A program made the position numbers and the translations under genes. 64,000 nt of DNA from contig CAWHEU010000020.1 of assembly GCA_963828465.1 (NCBI GenBank), forward strand, positions 66,620-130,619, read 5' to 3'. Of the stretch, positions 36,869-47,489 are shown one piece after another. How positions within the stretch are numbered: position 1 is the first letter of the stretch; each line of letters opens with the position of its first letter. The DNA comes from an uncultured Acidobacteriota bacterium. GTDB lineage: Bacteria; Actinomycetota; Acidimicrobiia; Spongiisociales; ZC4RG35. The notes beneath the pieces are model-generated. The model saw nothing but the letters and a program-made list of their open reading frames with translations, did not search any database and was not told the origin of the DNA.

Positions 36869-38788
36869 TTACCGCACGTGAACGGCCTGGCGGTACCAGA
36901 GCTCGAGGGTGAGCAGTTGCCAGATCTCTTTGGAACGATCGGTCATTCCGCTGCGGTCCTCGTCGATCATGCTGCGGACCGCTGACTTGTCGAGCATCCC
37001 CGAACCGACCAGGTGGCCCAAAGCGACATACTCCTCGACCATCGCCTGAAGGTCGCGCCGGATCCAGGCACGAAGTGGGGCGCTGAAAAGGCCCTTGGGC
37101 CGATAGACAATCTCCTTGGGCAGCCATGGCAGAGAGGCCTCCTTCAGAATCGCTTTCCTCTCCCGACCAACGATCTTGTCGGAGCCGGGGATGGCGAAGG
37201 CGGCTTCAAAGACGTGTTTGTCGACGAATGGCACCCTCACCTCGGTGGAGGCGGCCATGCTGGCCCTGTCGGTATAGGCCAGATTCAGGCTCGGGAGAAA
37301 CAACTGGGAGTCGGTGAAACACATCCGGTTGACTTGATCCTCACCGCGGTAGGCCGAGTAAACCTCTCTGTGTTCGTCGACCAGGCCGTCCACGCGGACC
37401 GCTAATTCCGGAGCGAGCAACTCGCCAAGTTGGGCCTGGTCATAGTGTGCGTAGCTCCTCCGAAAAGCTGCTTCCTCGGGAAGACCGGCGAAGTCGACGA
37501 AACGACGAGCCCAGCGGCTCGAGCGATATCCTCGCTTCTTGCTGGCGACCGGGAGATGCTGAACCGTCGGCTCGATGACCTTCTGACGGAGCCATCTGGG
37601 TGTACTGGCGATAACGAGAGGCGAGCAGAGCCGCATAGTGTTTGCGGTACCCACCGAACAGCTCGTCGGCCCCCATCCCGGACAGCAACACCTTGACCCC
37701 GGCTTCTCGGGCCGCCTGGCAGATGAGGTAGGCATTTATGGCAGCAGCGTCGCCAATGGGCTCGTCCAAATGATGTACCAGCTTGGGTAATAGATCGGCC
37801 ACATCGGGGGCTATTTCGACCTCATGGAGGCGGATCCCGTGCTCCGCGGCGACCTTCTTGGCGTAGGAGAAGTCGTCCGGCATGGCCTCGTACCGTTGGT
37901 CCTCGTCCCGGAATGAGATCGTGTAGCTGTCGATCTCGGCGTTGTGCTGCTTGGCCATGACGGTGATGAGGCTGGAGTCGAGACCACCACTGAGGAAAGT
38001 CGAGATCGGCACGTCCGCCACCAGGTGGGCCGCTACCGAGTCCTCCATGACCTGACCCAACCGAGACGGCATCAAACCGGTCTTGCCGGCCGGTCTCACC
38101 GGCGGCGGCGGCTGCTGAGACCGGGTCCCAATATCGGTGCACCCGGTGCTGACCGTCAGGACCGATCTCCAACCAGGTCCCGGGTGCGAGCTTCTGGGTC
38201 CCCTCGAACATGCAATGACTCTCGGGCACCCACGAATACATGACCGATGCCACCAGCGCGGTCTCGTCGACCCGGACTTCGCCCATCATCGGGCGCAGAG
38301 CCTTCAACTCCGAGGCGAATGCCAGACTGCCGTGTCGAGCCTGATAGAAGAGTGGCTTGATGCCGAAATGGTCACGGGCCAGGACGAGTCTGCGGTTCAC
38401 GGTGTCATAGAGCGCAAAGGCAAACATTCCGCGGAGGCGATCCAGGCTGGCGGGTCCCCACTGACGCCAGGCCTCGAGCAATACCTCTGAATCGGAGTGC
38501 GTTCGAAACGTGGCCCCACGGGACGAGAGCTCGCTTCTGCAACTGGCGGTAGTTGTAGATCTCGCCGTTGAAAATGAGGATCAGACCATCCTTCTCGAAC
38601 GGCTGATTGGCCGCGCTGGACAGGTCGATGATCGACAGCCGTCGATGACAAAGCCACACCGGTGGGCCCTGGTCCGTCGCTGTTCCAGTGCCCGGCGGCA
38701 TCAGGGCCGCGGTGCGCGATGGCCAGCGACACGGCCTCGTGGACCCCCGCATCGAAGGCAAGTTGTAAGTGCCCGCAATGCCGCACAT
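36869..38788 (-). CDS. asnB: Asparagine synthase (glutamine-hydrolysing)-like amidotransferase; several frameshifts
   Basis: MCGIAG, HRGPD, RLSIIDL, FNGEIYN, RDHFGIKPL, LSGGLDSS, SGMGADELFGGY, EVRVPF spread over five ORF fragments. Confidence 0.85.
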
Positions 38789-38937
38789 CGAACAGTCCCC
38801 ACTCCCGTACGCAGCGGCAATTCTACGCCGACGAGCCCGGTTAACAGATGGGCTGGCTGACCCAGATGGGCCTCTCGCCTGATACTGGCGATATCATCCG
38901 GACCCGGGCTGAAGGTTGACTCCACCCACCCGATTCG

Positions 38938-40226
38938 GTGAGAGCGCCGGCCACAGAGTCTCGCAGGCCTTCTAGTCTCCCCGACTGTCGACCACGAGCA
39001 ACGCCTACGCCACAAACTCCCAGCCGGGATCGTCGACGCTGCTTTGTCGTCGCTGGGTACGTTCGCCGCAGGGCTGGCGGCGGTACGTTTGCTCGAACCG
39101 GCCGAGCTCGGAACCTACTCGGTGATCTTCTCTGCCTTCCTGGTTGGCAGCCTGCTCCCAGCCGAGATCACCTACACGCCAATTCAGGTCTCGATGATCA
39201 GGCTCGACGTGAATCAGCGATTGGGCGGCATTGTTCACTCGTTGGGGAGCGGGATCCCACCCGCGCTGCTCGGTTGCATTTTCATCCTTGCGGCCGCAGG
39301 TCTCATCTGGTGGCGATCCGATCCAACCGCGGTGATCGAACTGGCCATAACCGGGGTCGGTCTGGCTGTGATCTCCCCAATGCAGGACCATCTCCGCAGG
39401 GGCTTCCATATCGCCGAGAGGTCCTGGGGAGCGGCATTGATGTCGGGATCGCAGTTGGTGGCGGTCGTCGGTGCCCTTCTCGTCATGCTTTCGCTGGATA
39501 TCGCGCCGGCGTGGGCGCCGCTGGGAAGTCTGGCTGTCGCGAACATCGTCTCGCTCGGCTTCGGCCTGGCGCTGTCAAGACCGGCATGGCGCGTCCGGCC
39601 CGACTGCCCCGGTGGTGACGGTCTCCGGGCGCTGGCTGGCGGCCTCCTCTGTCACCGCCTACGGCGGGACACTGGTGGCATCGGTGGTGATGACGCTCGT
39701 GGCTGGCCCAGAGATCGTTGGGTTCGCTGAGGCTGCTCGGGTGGCCGCCCAACCGGTCCTGGTTGTCACGACCGGGGTCGCGGCCGCACTGGCCTCGAGA
39801 CATCTCCGAGCGGCGGCCTCGGCGGATCGAGCAGCAGCGATTTCCGTCAACAAGTCCTTCTTCCTGGTGATATCGGTGGCCGGGATCAGCTATCTCTTCT
39901 TCGCCGGGTTCGCGTGGAGCTTCAATCCGCTGTTCGCGCTGATCCCCACCGCCTACGACATTGCTTTCCTCATCCCGGTAACCATTCTCTCCAACCTCGT
40001 GCTCAGCATCACGTCCCCGATTCGCGATCAATTGATTGCGTCCAACATGGAAGAGCCGATGGCGAAAATCGATTTCGCCTCGTTGGCGATCCCCACCGTC
40101 GTGGCGGCCACTGCCGGCTTGACCGGTGCCTTTGCCCGGCCGTTGGGGATCATCGGGCAGAGCGTCTTTCGAACGATCCGCTATCGGTCGATCTGGAGAG
40201 CAGCGTTCGCCGCGGGCTCAGAATAG
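38938..40226 (+). CDS. Wzx-like polysaccharide flippase; frameshifted
   Basis: Multi-TM fragments 39044-39730 and 39471-40226, VDAALSSLGTF N-terminal pattern, polysaccharide-locus context; start uncertain. Confidence 0.65.
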
Positions 40227-41189
40227 TTTGAGGTAGAGAGAGAACCCGAGACGGACGGCGAGCCATTTCCAGGAGAACGACGACCGTCTCGAACTCCGGC
40301 GACTCGAGCAATGCCATGATCCGCCGAGCCGAATCGTTGTCGCCGGATCTGATGGACCTGTAGGTGCCACCGAGAACGAATTGATGCATGTGCCGGCTGC
40401 GGCACCTTTCAATCTCCCGGGGTGTCAGCACACCAGAACCCCCGACCGTCCTTGAAGACGTCGTTCAGGCGCGTCAGCGTGTCCTCGTTGAACATCCCGG
40501 TGGTGGTGGCGGAGAGATGAACCGTGTAGGCCGAGACAACCGCGGTTTCGGTCGTGGCTCCGAAGGCCCCGAACAATCTCGCGTTCAGTGCGAAATCCAT
40601 CGCCGCGCCAGCCTTGGCGTCGAAACCCCCCGCATCGGCATAACCGTGGGCACTGACGACAAGGCCCGGAGTTCTGACATACGACGAGCTCGACAGCAGC
40701 GTCATCAGAGCTCGGCGGGGCTTCATCCGGCGCCGCACCCGATGTCGTTCCGTCTTCATCGGATTTCCGTCAATGTCCACGATGCTGACACCAAAGACCC
40801 TGACGTCATCAGGCATATGCTCGCGTAGGCTCTTCAGGATGGCCTCGGACGCCGTCCTCGAGGAGATAGTCGTCATCATGGACAAAGAGGATGTATTCGC
40901 CCTGGGCACGCTCGATGAGCAGATTGTGATTGTTGGACATGGAGACCGAGGGGACGTTCTGTGCATAAGCAATGGCAGCCCCTTGCCGGACCAATTCGGA
41001 AACTGCCTCCGCTGTTGCGGATCCTTCCGAATTATCTGAGACGAGGACCTCGACCGGATCACCGGGAGTGATCTGACTGAGGACGGCCCGCAGGTTTCGC
41101 AACAAGAGCTCGGGTCGGTCCCTGGTCGGAACGCAGATCGACAGAAGAACCCCGGATCGAGGCTCGACAGCAGGCGATTTGGGAATCAT
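40218..41189 (-). CDS. GT2 family glycosyltransferase; frameshifted
   Basis: LSICVPTRDR, VSDNS, GEYILFVHDDD; continues across several frames. Confidence 0.75.
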
Positions 41190-41342
41190 CGGTCGCTGGA
41201 CATGGTGGTCGACAAAGCAGGTCGAAGGTAATGGGTTGACCGATCCAAATCACTTCCCAAACACCACAACGACATTTTGGGTCTTTGCTACCGGCCGCGC
41301 TCAGGTAGATTACCCGTCGAGAGGTTGGGGGTTCCGAGGGGC

Positions 41343-43133
41343 ATGAGTTCAAGCAGCGTTGAAACAACCATCAGTTCGGCGGTTTGGCGCGACCGAAGAC
41401 TGGTCGGGGCGATGGTGGTCATTGGATTCCTGGTTGGGCTCGGCTTCGGCTTCCTCGCCCGGTCATATTCCCCGATCGTCGCGGAAGCATCGTTCCTCCT
41501 CAGTGAGGCTCGGCCGACCACGGTTTTTGGCGTCAACGACCCAGCAGACCAAAAGCGTGTCGTGGCCGATCAGATCGCAATACTCCAGTCGCCCGCGGTC
41601 CTGGCCGCCGCCGCCGCCAATCTGGGCGACATCACCGGAGAAACTCTCAGCGTCAAAGACTTCGAGGAGAAGCTCTCGATCCGGTGGTCGGCGGACAGCA
41701 ATGTCGCCACGGCCGCATTCCGAGGCGACTCAGAAGAGGAGGCGGTCGGAGGTGCCAACGCCCTTCTCGACGCCTATCAGGCGTTGCTCGAGGATCAGAC
41801 GACCGCCAACAGCAGAGCCGCGATCAGCCTGATCGATGACTCAATCGCGGAGCAACAGGCGACCATCGATGGCCTCCAACAGGATCTATTGGACCAGGGC
41901 GACGCGGAAGCGCTCACGTTCCAGCTACCCGGGCTGATCGCCCGAGCCGCCGAGATTGTGGAGGAGCTCGGCGAGACCGACGCCGGCACGGAACGCCAGG
42001 CACTCGAACAGGAGCTCGATTCCATCACACGGCAAATCGACATGATCCGGCTGACGACGGATGTCGCTCCTTCGCAGGCTGTCACCCCCGCTCTGCAACG
42101 GACGTTGGAGAACGCCATTGATGAGCAGGCCACCTTGATCAGCAGGCGAAACGAGCTCGCTGTCGAGGCAGAAGTCAACAAGGCCCCGACTGCCGTCTTC
42201 TCACCTGCCCGGACGGTGGCCACGAATTCCGGCACACTTCCGCTTCGTCTCGCGATGGCCGGTGCCATGGTCGGATTGCTGATCGGAGCAGCAGTCGCCT
42301 TTGCCCGCAGCTCCAGCACCGCCGTCGTCAGTCATGGTGAAGAGGTCGCGCAGCTGATCGGCGCTCCCCTCCTGGCCAACATCACCGACTTCAGCGGAGA
42401 GCAGATCTCCTCGGACCTGCCGGTCCGGGACAACCATCGATCGGTCGCCGCCGAGGGCTACCGATTCCTCGCTGCCTCTCTGGAAGCCCGAGCTCCGCAT
42501 ATGGTCAACAGGTCGGTCGTCGTTGTCGGGATCGGGGTCAAGGGCGGCCAATCGACGACGACAGCCAATATGGCTCTCGCTGCCGCCTCAGAAGGCGCTC
42601 GTGTTCTCATGATCGATGCCGACTTCGGCAGCCAGGCCCTCACGCGGATGTTCGGAGTGGATCCGCTCGAAGTCAAAGGGATCACAGACGTCGTGTCTGG
42701 AGGTCTCCCCCTGAACTCGGCAATGACCAGGATCGACGTTCCCAGGGGGGCGTTGAACCTCATCAGCCGAGGCCAGGTGACCGTCGGCGCATCCGGTTTC
42801 TTCCGCAGCGAAGCCGCCGACAAGTTTCTGTTTGAGCTCCGGGGCGAGTCAGATCTGATCGTGGTCGACACCCCTCCACTCCTCCAGGTTGCCTACGCCA
42901 CGACCCTCGCTTCGAAGCTGGGTGCGGCGATCCTTGTCGTTCCCCGTGGAGCCCGGGTCCGGGATATCGAGGCCACCGCTGCGCACCTGCGCGGCATCGG
43001 CACCGAGATTCTTGGATTTGCCTTCAACAGAGCGCCAATCGAGGCCCGGGATCGCGCTCTAGCCGGTTCCATCGAGGATATCCCCGGCGACGATGATTCC
43101 CTCGAGCCGGGGATCCAACGCCAGCGGGGTTGA
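41343..43133 (+). CDS. Wzc-like polysaccharide co-polymerase with a degenerate BY-kinase domain
   Basis: Two TM segments flanking a coiled coil; AEGYRFL, KGGQSTTTANMA, LMIDADF, VVDTPPLL. Confidence 0.85.
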   Translation: MSSSSVETTISSAVWRDRRLVGAMVVIGFLVGLGFGFLARSYSPIVAEASFLLSEARPTTVFGVNDPADQKRVVADQIAILQSPAVLAAAAANLGDITGETLSVKDFEEKLSIRWSADSNVATAAFRGDSEEEAVGGANALLDAYQALLEDQTTANSRAAISLIDDSIAEQQATIDGLQQDLLDQGDAEALTFQLPGLIARAAEIVEELGETDAGTERQALEQELDSITRQIDMIRLTTDVAPSQAVTPALQRTLENAIDEQATLISRRNELAVEAEVNKAPTAVFSPARTVATNSGTLPLRLAMAGAMVGLLIGAAVAFARSSSTAVVSHGEEVAQLIGAPLLANITDFSGEQISSDLPVRDNHRSVAAEGYRFLAASLEARAPHMVNRSVVVVGIGVKGGQSTTTANMALAAASEGARVLMIDADFGSQALTRMFGVDPLEVKGITDVVSGGLPLNSAMTRIDVPRGALNLISRGQVTVGASGFFRSEAADKFLFELRGESDLIVVDTPPLLQVAYATTLASKLGAAILVVPRGARVRDIEATAAHLRGIGTEILGFAFNRAPIEARDRALAGSIEDIPGDDDSLEPGIQRQRG

Positions 43134-44557
43134 TCACGGCCCGGCTCTCACTACCCCAGGTCTTGCAGGTTCAGACGGGCTCCCCGCCAGCGCCGAAGCG
43201 ATCCATCACCGACCCGACCCGGATCCCAGCTATTGCGCTTGGCGTGCTTCTGGCCGGCTACATGCTGGGTGACAGGGGCTTTGCCTATCTGCACCTTCCA
43301 GGTACCCCTCTCTTCGTAGGGGAGGTTGTCCTGGCCATCATCGCTGTCTATCTGATCCGCTTCTATCCAATAAACGACGACCGTCTCAAGTCTCCGGTTC
43401 GGCTAGCTCTTGTGGTTTTCCTCGTCTACGGCGCCATTCGCACTCTGCCCTATCTTGGTCAATACGGCATCGATGCTCTCCGAGATGCCTCGCAGTGGTA
43501 CTACGGGATTTTCGCGTTCTTCGTCGCTGACTTTGTCCGGCGTCGCGGGATAGGCCCGATCGTCGGCTGGTTCAGCAAGATTCTCCCATGGTTCATCCTG
43601 TGGGCACCCATCTCCTTGATTCTCAGCCAGGTTCTGACATCGCCGCTGGTGCCCGATTCGGATGTGCCGATCGCTGCCCACCGAGGATCGAACACGTCCG
43701 TCTTGCTCACGGCATGCCTTGGTTTCATGTGGATGCTCGACGAACGGGTCACCGGTATCACTCGGCGTCAGCGAGCGTTCCTAACCGCCGTGAGCGGCCT
43801 CTTCCTCGTCGTGGCAGGTATTCAGAACCGGGGCGGCCTCCTTGCGGCGATCGCCGGTCTTGGGGTGATTTTTTGGTACGCAAGGTCCGGGCAACGCCAT
43901 TTCGTCGGGATCATGTGCACCGTTGTCATCCTCATCGGGCTCATCTTCTCGGTCTCCGACATCCGAGTGTCGTTCTTTTCCAACGATCGGGACATATCGG
44001 CCGATCAGTTGGTCGAGAATCTTGTGAGCGTCGTGAACCCCGATGCCGTGGCAACTTCCGGCGACCTCGTCAGCAACTCCTCCTGGCGTCTGGATCTGTG
44101 GAGCGAAATCCTCCGGGATGTCAACCTCAACGCCCCATTTCTCGGTCGAGGCTATGGCGTGAGCCTCGGCGGCCTATACGGATTCCAGGGGGTGGGCGAG
44201 ACAGAGCTCCGCTCCGCGCACAACTCCCATATGACCATCTTCGCCCGCAGCGGATATCTGGGGGTCGGGCTCTGGTTCTTGATGTGGGTGATCTGGTTCA
44301 TTGCCATGATTCGGTCGAGACGTGCTCTCGCAGCGCGGGGGCTCAGCGTGGAGGCTGCGGTCGCCGTCGTGGCCATGGCCTGCGCCCTTGCGGTGCTCGT
44401 CAACGCCATATTCGATCCATCGATCGAGGCGCCCCCTGTGTCGGCGTGGATTTGGTCGATCTATGGGCTGGGATTGGGTTTGATGGTGCTGAGCAGGCCT
44501 AAACGGACCGCCCCTAGCTGGGACCCGTCACCGGCTGATTGGGCGAGCCGAGCCTGA
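43130..44557 (+). CDS. O-antigen ligase/Wzy-family polymerase
   Basis: Multi-TM; NRGG, WRLDLW, GRGYG, SAHNSH. Confidence 0.85.
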   Translation: MITARLSLPQVLQVQTGSPPAPKRSITDPTRIPAIALGVLLAGYMLGDRGFAYLHLPGTPLFVGEVVLAIIAVYLIRFYPINDDRLKSPVRLALVVFLVYGAIRTLPYLGQYGIDALRDASQWYYGIFAFFVADFVRRRGIGPIVGWFSKILPWFILWAPISLILSQVLTSPLVPDSDVPIAAHRGSNTSVLLTACLGFMWMLDERVTGITRRQRAFLTAVSGLFLVVAGIQNRGGLLAAIAGLGVIFWYARSGQRHFVGIMCTVVILIGLIFSVSDIRVSFFSNDRDISADQLVENLVSVVNPDAVATSGDLVSNSSWRLDLWSEILRDVNLNAPFLGRGYGVSLGGLYGFQGVGETELRSAHNSHMTIFARSGYLGVGLWFLMWVIWFIAMIRSRRALAARGLSVEAAVAVVAMACALAVLVNAIFDPSIEAPPVSAWIWSIYGLGLGLMVLSRPKRTAPSWDPSPADWASRA

Positions 44558-44619
44558 AATCTGGTGGGGCTACTGTTCGAACCCGCCGTCGAGGACGCGT
44601 GAGCCATGCGAGGACCTTC

Positions 44620-44967
44620 ATGACTGATCCTGACGACGGCGGAGGGCGTCCAGTGCCGTCGTCCCCTCTGATCGACTATCGATTCTCGTTGGCCAACGAG
44701 CGAACGTACCTGGCATGGACGAGGACTGCCTTGGCTCTGATCGCCGGCGGTGTCGCTGTCCTACGTCTGCTGGCCGATTCGGAAATCGGCTTCATCGCCG
44801 CGTACATCTTGGTCGGCTTGGGGATTCTCGTTGCCATGGCGGGCCTGCGGCGCTGGCGACGCAATGAACAGGCCATGTCGAACGGGTGGGCGTTGGAACC
44901 CACCAAACTCCCGATCGTGTTGGCAATCGGACTCAGCGTCGTCGGCGTGCTCCTCCTATTCGACTGA
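44620..44967 (+). CDS. DUF202/YidH membrane protein
   Basis: LANERTYLAWTRTAL. Confidence 0.88.
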   Translation: MTDPDDGGGRPVPSSPLIDYRFSLANERTYLAWTRTALALIAGGVAVLRLLADSEIGFIAAYILVGLGILVAMAGLRRWRRNEQAMSNGWALEPTKLPIVLAIGLSVVGVLLLFD

Positions 44968-45042
44968 ACGCTGGGCTCCGCTGAAGGCCTGAGTTGTCGG
45001 AGCTGGAGCCGGGATTGCTCGTTAGACCAGCGAAACGGCCCG

Positions 45043-45116
45043 CACGCCCGGGGCGACTCGAACACCCAACCTCCTGATCCGTAGTCAGACGCTCTATCCA
45101 ATTGAGCTACGGGCGC
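45043..45116 (-). tRNA. tRNA-Arg(ACG)
   Basis: GCGCCCGTAGCTCAATTGGATAGAGCGTCTGACT-ACG-GATCAGGAGGTTGGGTGTTCGAGTCGCCCCGGGCGTG cloverleaf; CCA not encoded. Confidence 0.95.
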
Positions 45117-45164
45117 GGAATAGCCAATTATCGCAGCGGTGCCCGGATAGGGCCAGCCAACACG

Positions 45165-45755
45165 TCAATGGCCCTCTGGCGAGACTCCCGAACTCGTTGG
45201 TAGGCGACTGCTGGAGCGTCGCAAGTAGACCTGCGTGACCCTGCCGAGCCCATATTCGTAGACAGCCGCGCCGAGATTGGTCCCCGCAATGAACACGAGA
45301 GCGTCGCGTGAGGTGATCGTGTCGCTCGCCAGCGCGACGCCGAATGCGACGGCGTAATACGGCCCTTCCTTGGCGATCTCGGTGCCGACATAGGCGGCGG
45401 CCGCCGCTAGTCGTCGGGCGCGCGAGCTCCTTGCTCGCCGTCTCACGAGCTCGTAGGCGGCTTTCGACAACGCGTTGCTGCTGGTGCCCACCGCTTCGAG
45501 GAGTTGGAAGTTCGCCTTCAGGTTGACACGGAGTCCCGCAACCCAGGCCACGTAGCTGGAAGCGAGCACCACCCAGAGCCAGGGCTGTTCGACCCCTGCC
45601 ATAACCCCAGAGGCGACCAGGATCACTCCTCCAGCAGTAGCGACACCGTCCAGTGCGTAAGTGGAAACGACTGTGGCGAGGATCGTGATCAGCCAGCTCT
45701 TGACCCTGATCCCGGATCGAAGAGCAATCACAGCAGTGGCATCCAACGTTGACAC
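45165..45755 (-). CDS. Hypothetical membrane protein
   Basis: 196 aa with hydrophobic segments; divergent from a regulator-like gene. Confidence 0.65.
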   Translation of the reverse strand: MSTLDATAVIALRSGIRVKSWLITILATVVSTYALDGVATAGGVILVASGVMAGVEQPWLWVVLASSYVAWVAGLRVNLKANFQLLEAVGTSSNALSKAAYELVRRRARSSRARRLAAAAAYVGTEIAKEGPYYAVAFGVALASDTITSRDALVFIAGTNLGAAVYEYGLGRVTQVYLRRSSSRLPTSSGVSPEGH

Positions 45756-45775
45756 TCCGGCTGAGCCTCGCTTCC

Positions 45776-45813
45776 ATACGTACCGTATGTATGTCCATAC
45801 GTACTGTACGTAT
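45776..45813. promoter_or_regulatory. Two tandem 17-bp palindromic operators
   Basis: ATACGTAC-C-GTATGTAT and ATACGTAC-T-GTACGTAT with a 21-bp period, between divergent genes. Confidence 0.7.
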
Positions 45814-45868
45814 CAAACGCGGAAAGTCAAGTTAAACTCGACGATTAGCCCACTCAGGAGACACGGTT

Positions 45869-46597
45869 TTGACCTCGAAACCACGGCCCGGTCGCTCGAG
45901 GCTGCCTCAGCAAGAGGCCCGGCAGCGCTATGTCGAGATCGGTGAGCTCGTAGCTCTCGAGCAGATCAAGAAGGATTCCGAAACGCTTGACCTCCACTCA
46001 ATTGCGGTCGGCCCCTTCGCTCGGCTCGATGCCAACGAGGTGGCTGCCCGCGACGGCAAGACACGCGGTGTCATCAGCAATCTGTTCGGTAGCCAAGCGG
46101 CGTTCCAGGCAGAGACCATGTCGTTGGCCCTGAATTCGCGTGATTGGATTTCACAGATCCAGTATCCGGATCCTGGTCAGTACGAGGAGGTCGGCGCATG
46201 GCTCGACGCCTTCTTTACCGGCGAGTCGGAACGTGGCCCATCGCGAGGCGGTCAGCCCATGGCGGACTACGGATCGGTGTGGGCCTTGTGGCTCAGCGCT
46301 GTGCCATACGGCATGTGGAGTGAAAAGATTCGCCGACCGAGCATGGAGGAGCACACGCAATGGCTCGCGAAGCTGGAACAGGCGCTTGGAGAGGCGCTAC
46401 ACCGATTCGGGATTTCCCTTCGAGACGGAGTCACGATCAGCGACCTCGCCTGCGCGTTTGCCAGCCTGATCGAGGGCGTCTGGCTGAACCAATGTATGAC
46501 AACCCACCACCCTTCGGACCCCTCAGAGCCGATCGCTACTTCGTTGCGTCGTTCTGGGCGGCTGCTTTGGTCCGGCGCGACGGAGGCAAACGAATAG
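45869..46597 (+). CDS. Putative TetR-like transcriptional regulator
   Basis: HTH-like segment LDANEVAARDGKTRGVISNLFGSQAAF; divergent layout with operators. Confidence 0.6.
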   Translation: MTSKPRPGRSRLPQQEARQRYVEIGELVALEQIKKDSETLDLHSIAVGPFARLDANEVAARDGKTRGVISNLFGSQAAFQAETMSLALNSRDWISQIQYPDPGQYEEVGAWLDAFFTGESERGPSRGGQPMADYGSVWALWLSAVPYGMWSEKIRRPSMEEHTQWLAKLEQALGEALHRFGISLRDGVTISDLACAFASLIEGVWLNQCMTTHHPSDPSEPIATSLRRSGRLLWSGATEANE

Positions 46598-46708
46598 CCG
46601 GGGTTTATCTGAAGTCATCCCGCAAGGGCCCGGGGCGCTCAAGACCCTCCTCGGGCGACGGAGCCTTCAGGTCCGTCGCGACCTGACCCAGCCTGATAGC
46701 TTGCCCGC

Positions 46709-47071
46709 ATGGGCATCATCCTCAACCTCGCCGTCACTGCAGGGGCCCTCGGAATCGCCGTTTGGATCATCGACGGTCTCGAGTTCACCGGGACCTGGTG
46801 GCAGTACCTAGTCGTCGTGGTGATCCTGGGGCTGGCCAACCTCATCGTGAAGCCGATCCTTCGACTATTCAGCCTCCCGATCATCGCCCTCACGCTCGGA
46901 CTCTTTCTGATCGTCGTCAATGCCCTCGTGCTCCAGCTGGTGGTGTGGCTCTCCGGGATCTGGGACCTCGGTCTCACCTCAACGGGTTTCTTCTGGACGA
47001 CCTTCCTCGGTGCCCTCGTCATCTCGATCGCCGGCTGGGTGCTCAACCTCATCGTTCCCGGCGGCGAATAG
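46709..47071 (+). CDS. YvlD/DUF360 'phage holin family' membrane protein
   Basis: NLIVKPIL..LP...LTLGLFLIVVNAL; leaderless TAGCTT -10. Confidence 0.88.
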   Translation: MGIILNLAVTAGALGIAVWIIDGLEFTGTWWQYLVVVVILGLANLIVKPILRLFSLPIIALTLGLFLIVVNALVLQLVVWLSGIWDLGLTSTGFFWTTFLGALVISIAGWVLNLIVPGGE

Positions 47072-47099
47072 CGGCTGATCGGGACGATCGCCGCGGGGC

Positions 47100-47312
47100 C
47101 TAGTCGGAGACAGCGAGGATGACGTCCGAAGACTTGATGACGACGGTGACCGTGGAGCCGGCTCGAAGGCCGAGCTCCTCTGCTGCTTCCTTCGTGATCG
47201 ACGAGGTCACGACGTCCCCGCCCGTCAGGCGTATCTTCACAGTCGTGGTGACCGCGCCGTGGTCGACGGTCTCCACCTCGCCCGCCAGTTGATTCCGTGC
47301 GCTCAGCTTCAT
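47100..47312 (-). CDS. mop: Molybdate-binding TOBE protein (molbindin)
   Basis: MKLSARNQLAG...SSITKEA..ELGL..G...IKSSDV. Confidence 0.9.
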   Translation of the reverse strand: MKLSARNQLAGEVETVDHGAVTTTVKIRLTGGDVVTSSITKEAAEELGLRAGSTVTVVIKSSDVILAVSD

Positions 47313-47357
47313 TGCATCTCCCATGTCTCTTCGGAGAGTTCACTCATGGCGGCACGA

Positions 47358-47374
47358 TAGTCACACTGCGACTA
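47358..47374. promoter_or_regulatory. Palindromic operator TAGTCAC-N3-GCGACTA
   Basis: Matches two sites between modA and the PadR gene. Confidence 0.6.
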
Positions 47375-47489
47375 ATGTCGCCTACGGACACTCATGCGAG
47401 CACGCCGGAACAGCAGCCTGCGAGAGTCCCATTGGCGAGAGGCCCCCCTTCCATCAGATCAACGGCCTCTCGCGCCGTTCTGAGCGGCT

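Noticed and set aside
34507-45116. Genomic island integrated at tRNA-Arg
   Set aside because: The polysaccharide locus lies at the tRNA 3' side, but I found no integrase and no duplicated tRNA 3' end.
46709-47071. Prophage suggested by the 'holin' family gene
   Set aside because: YvlD/DUF360 proteins are ordinary chromosomal membrane proteins, and no phage genes are nearby.
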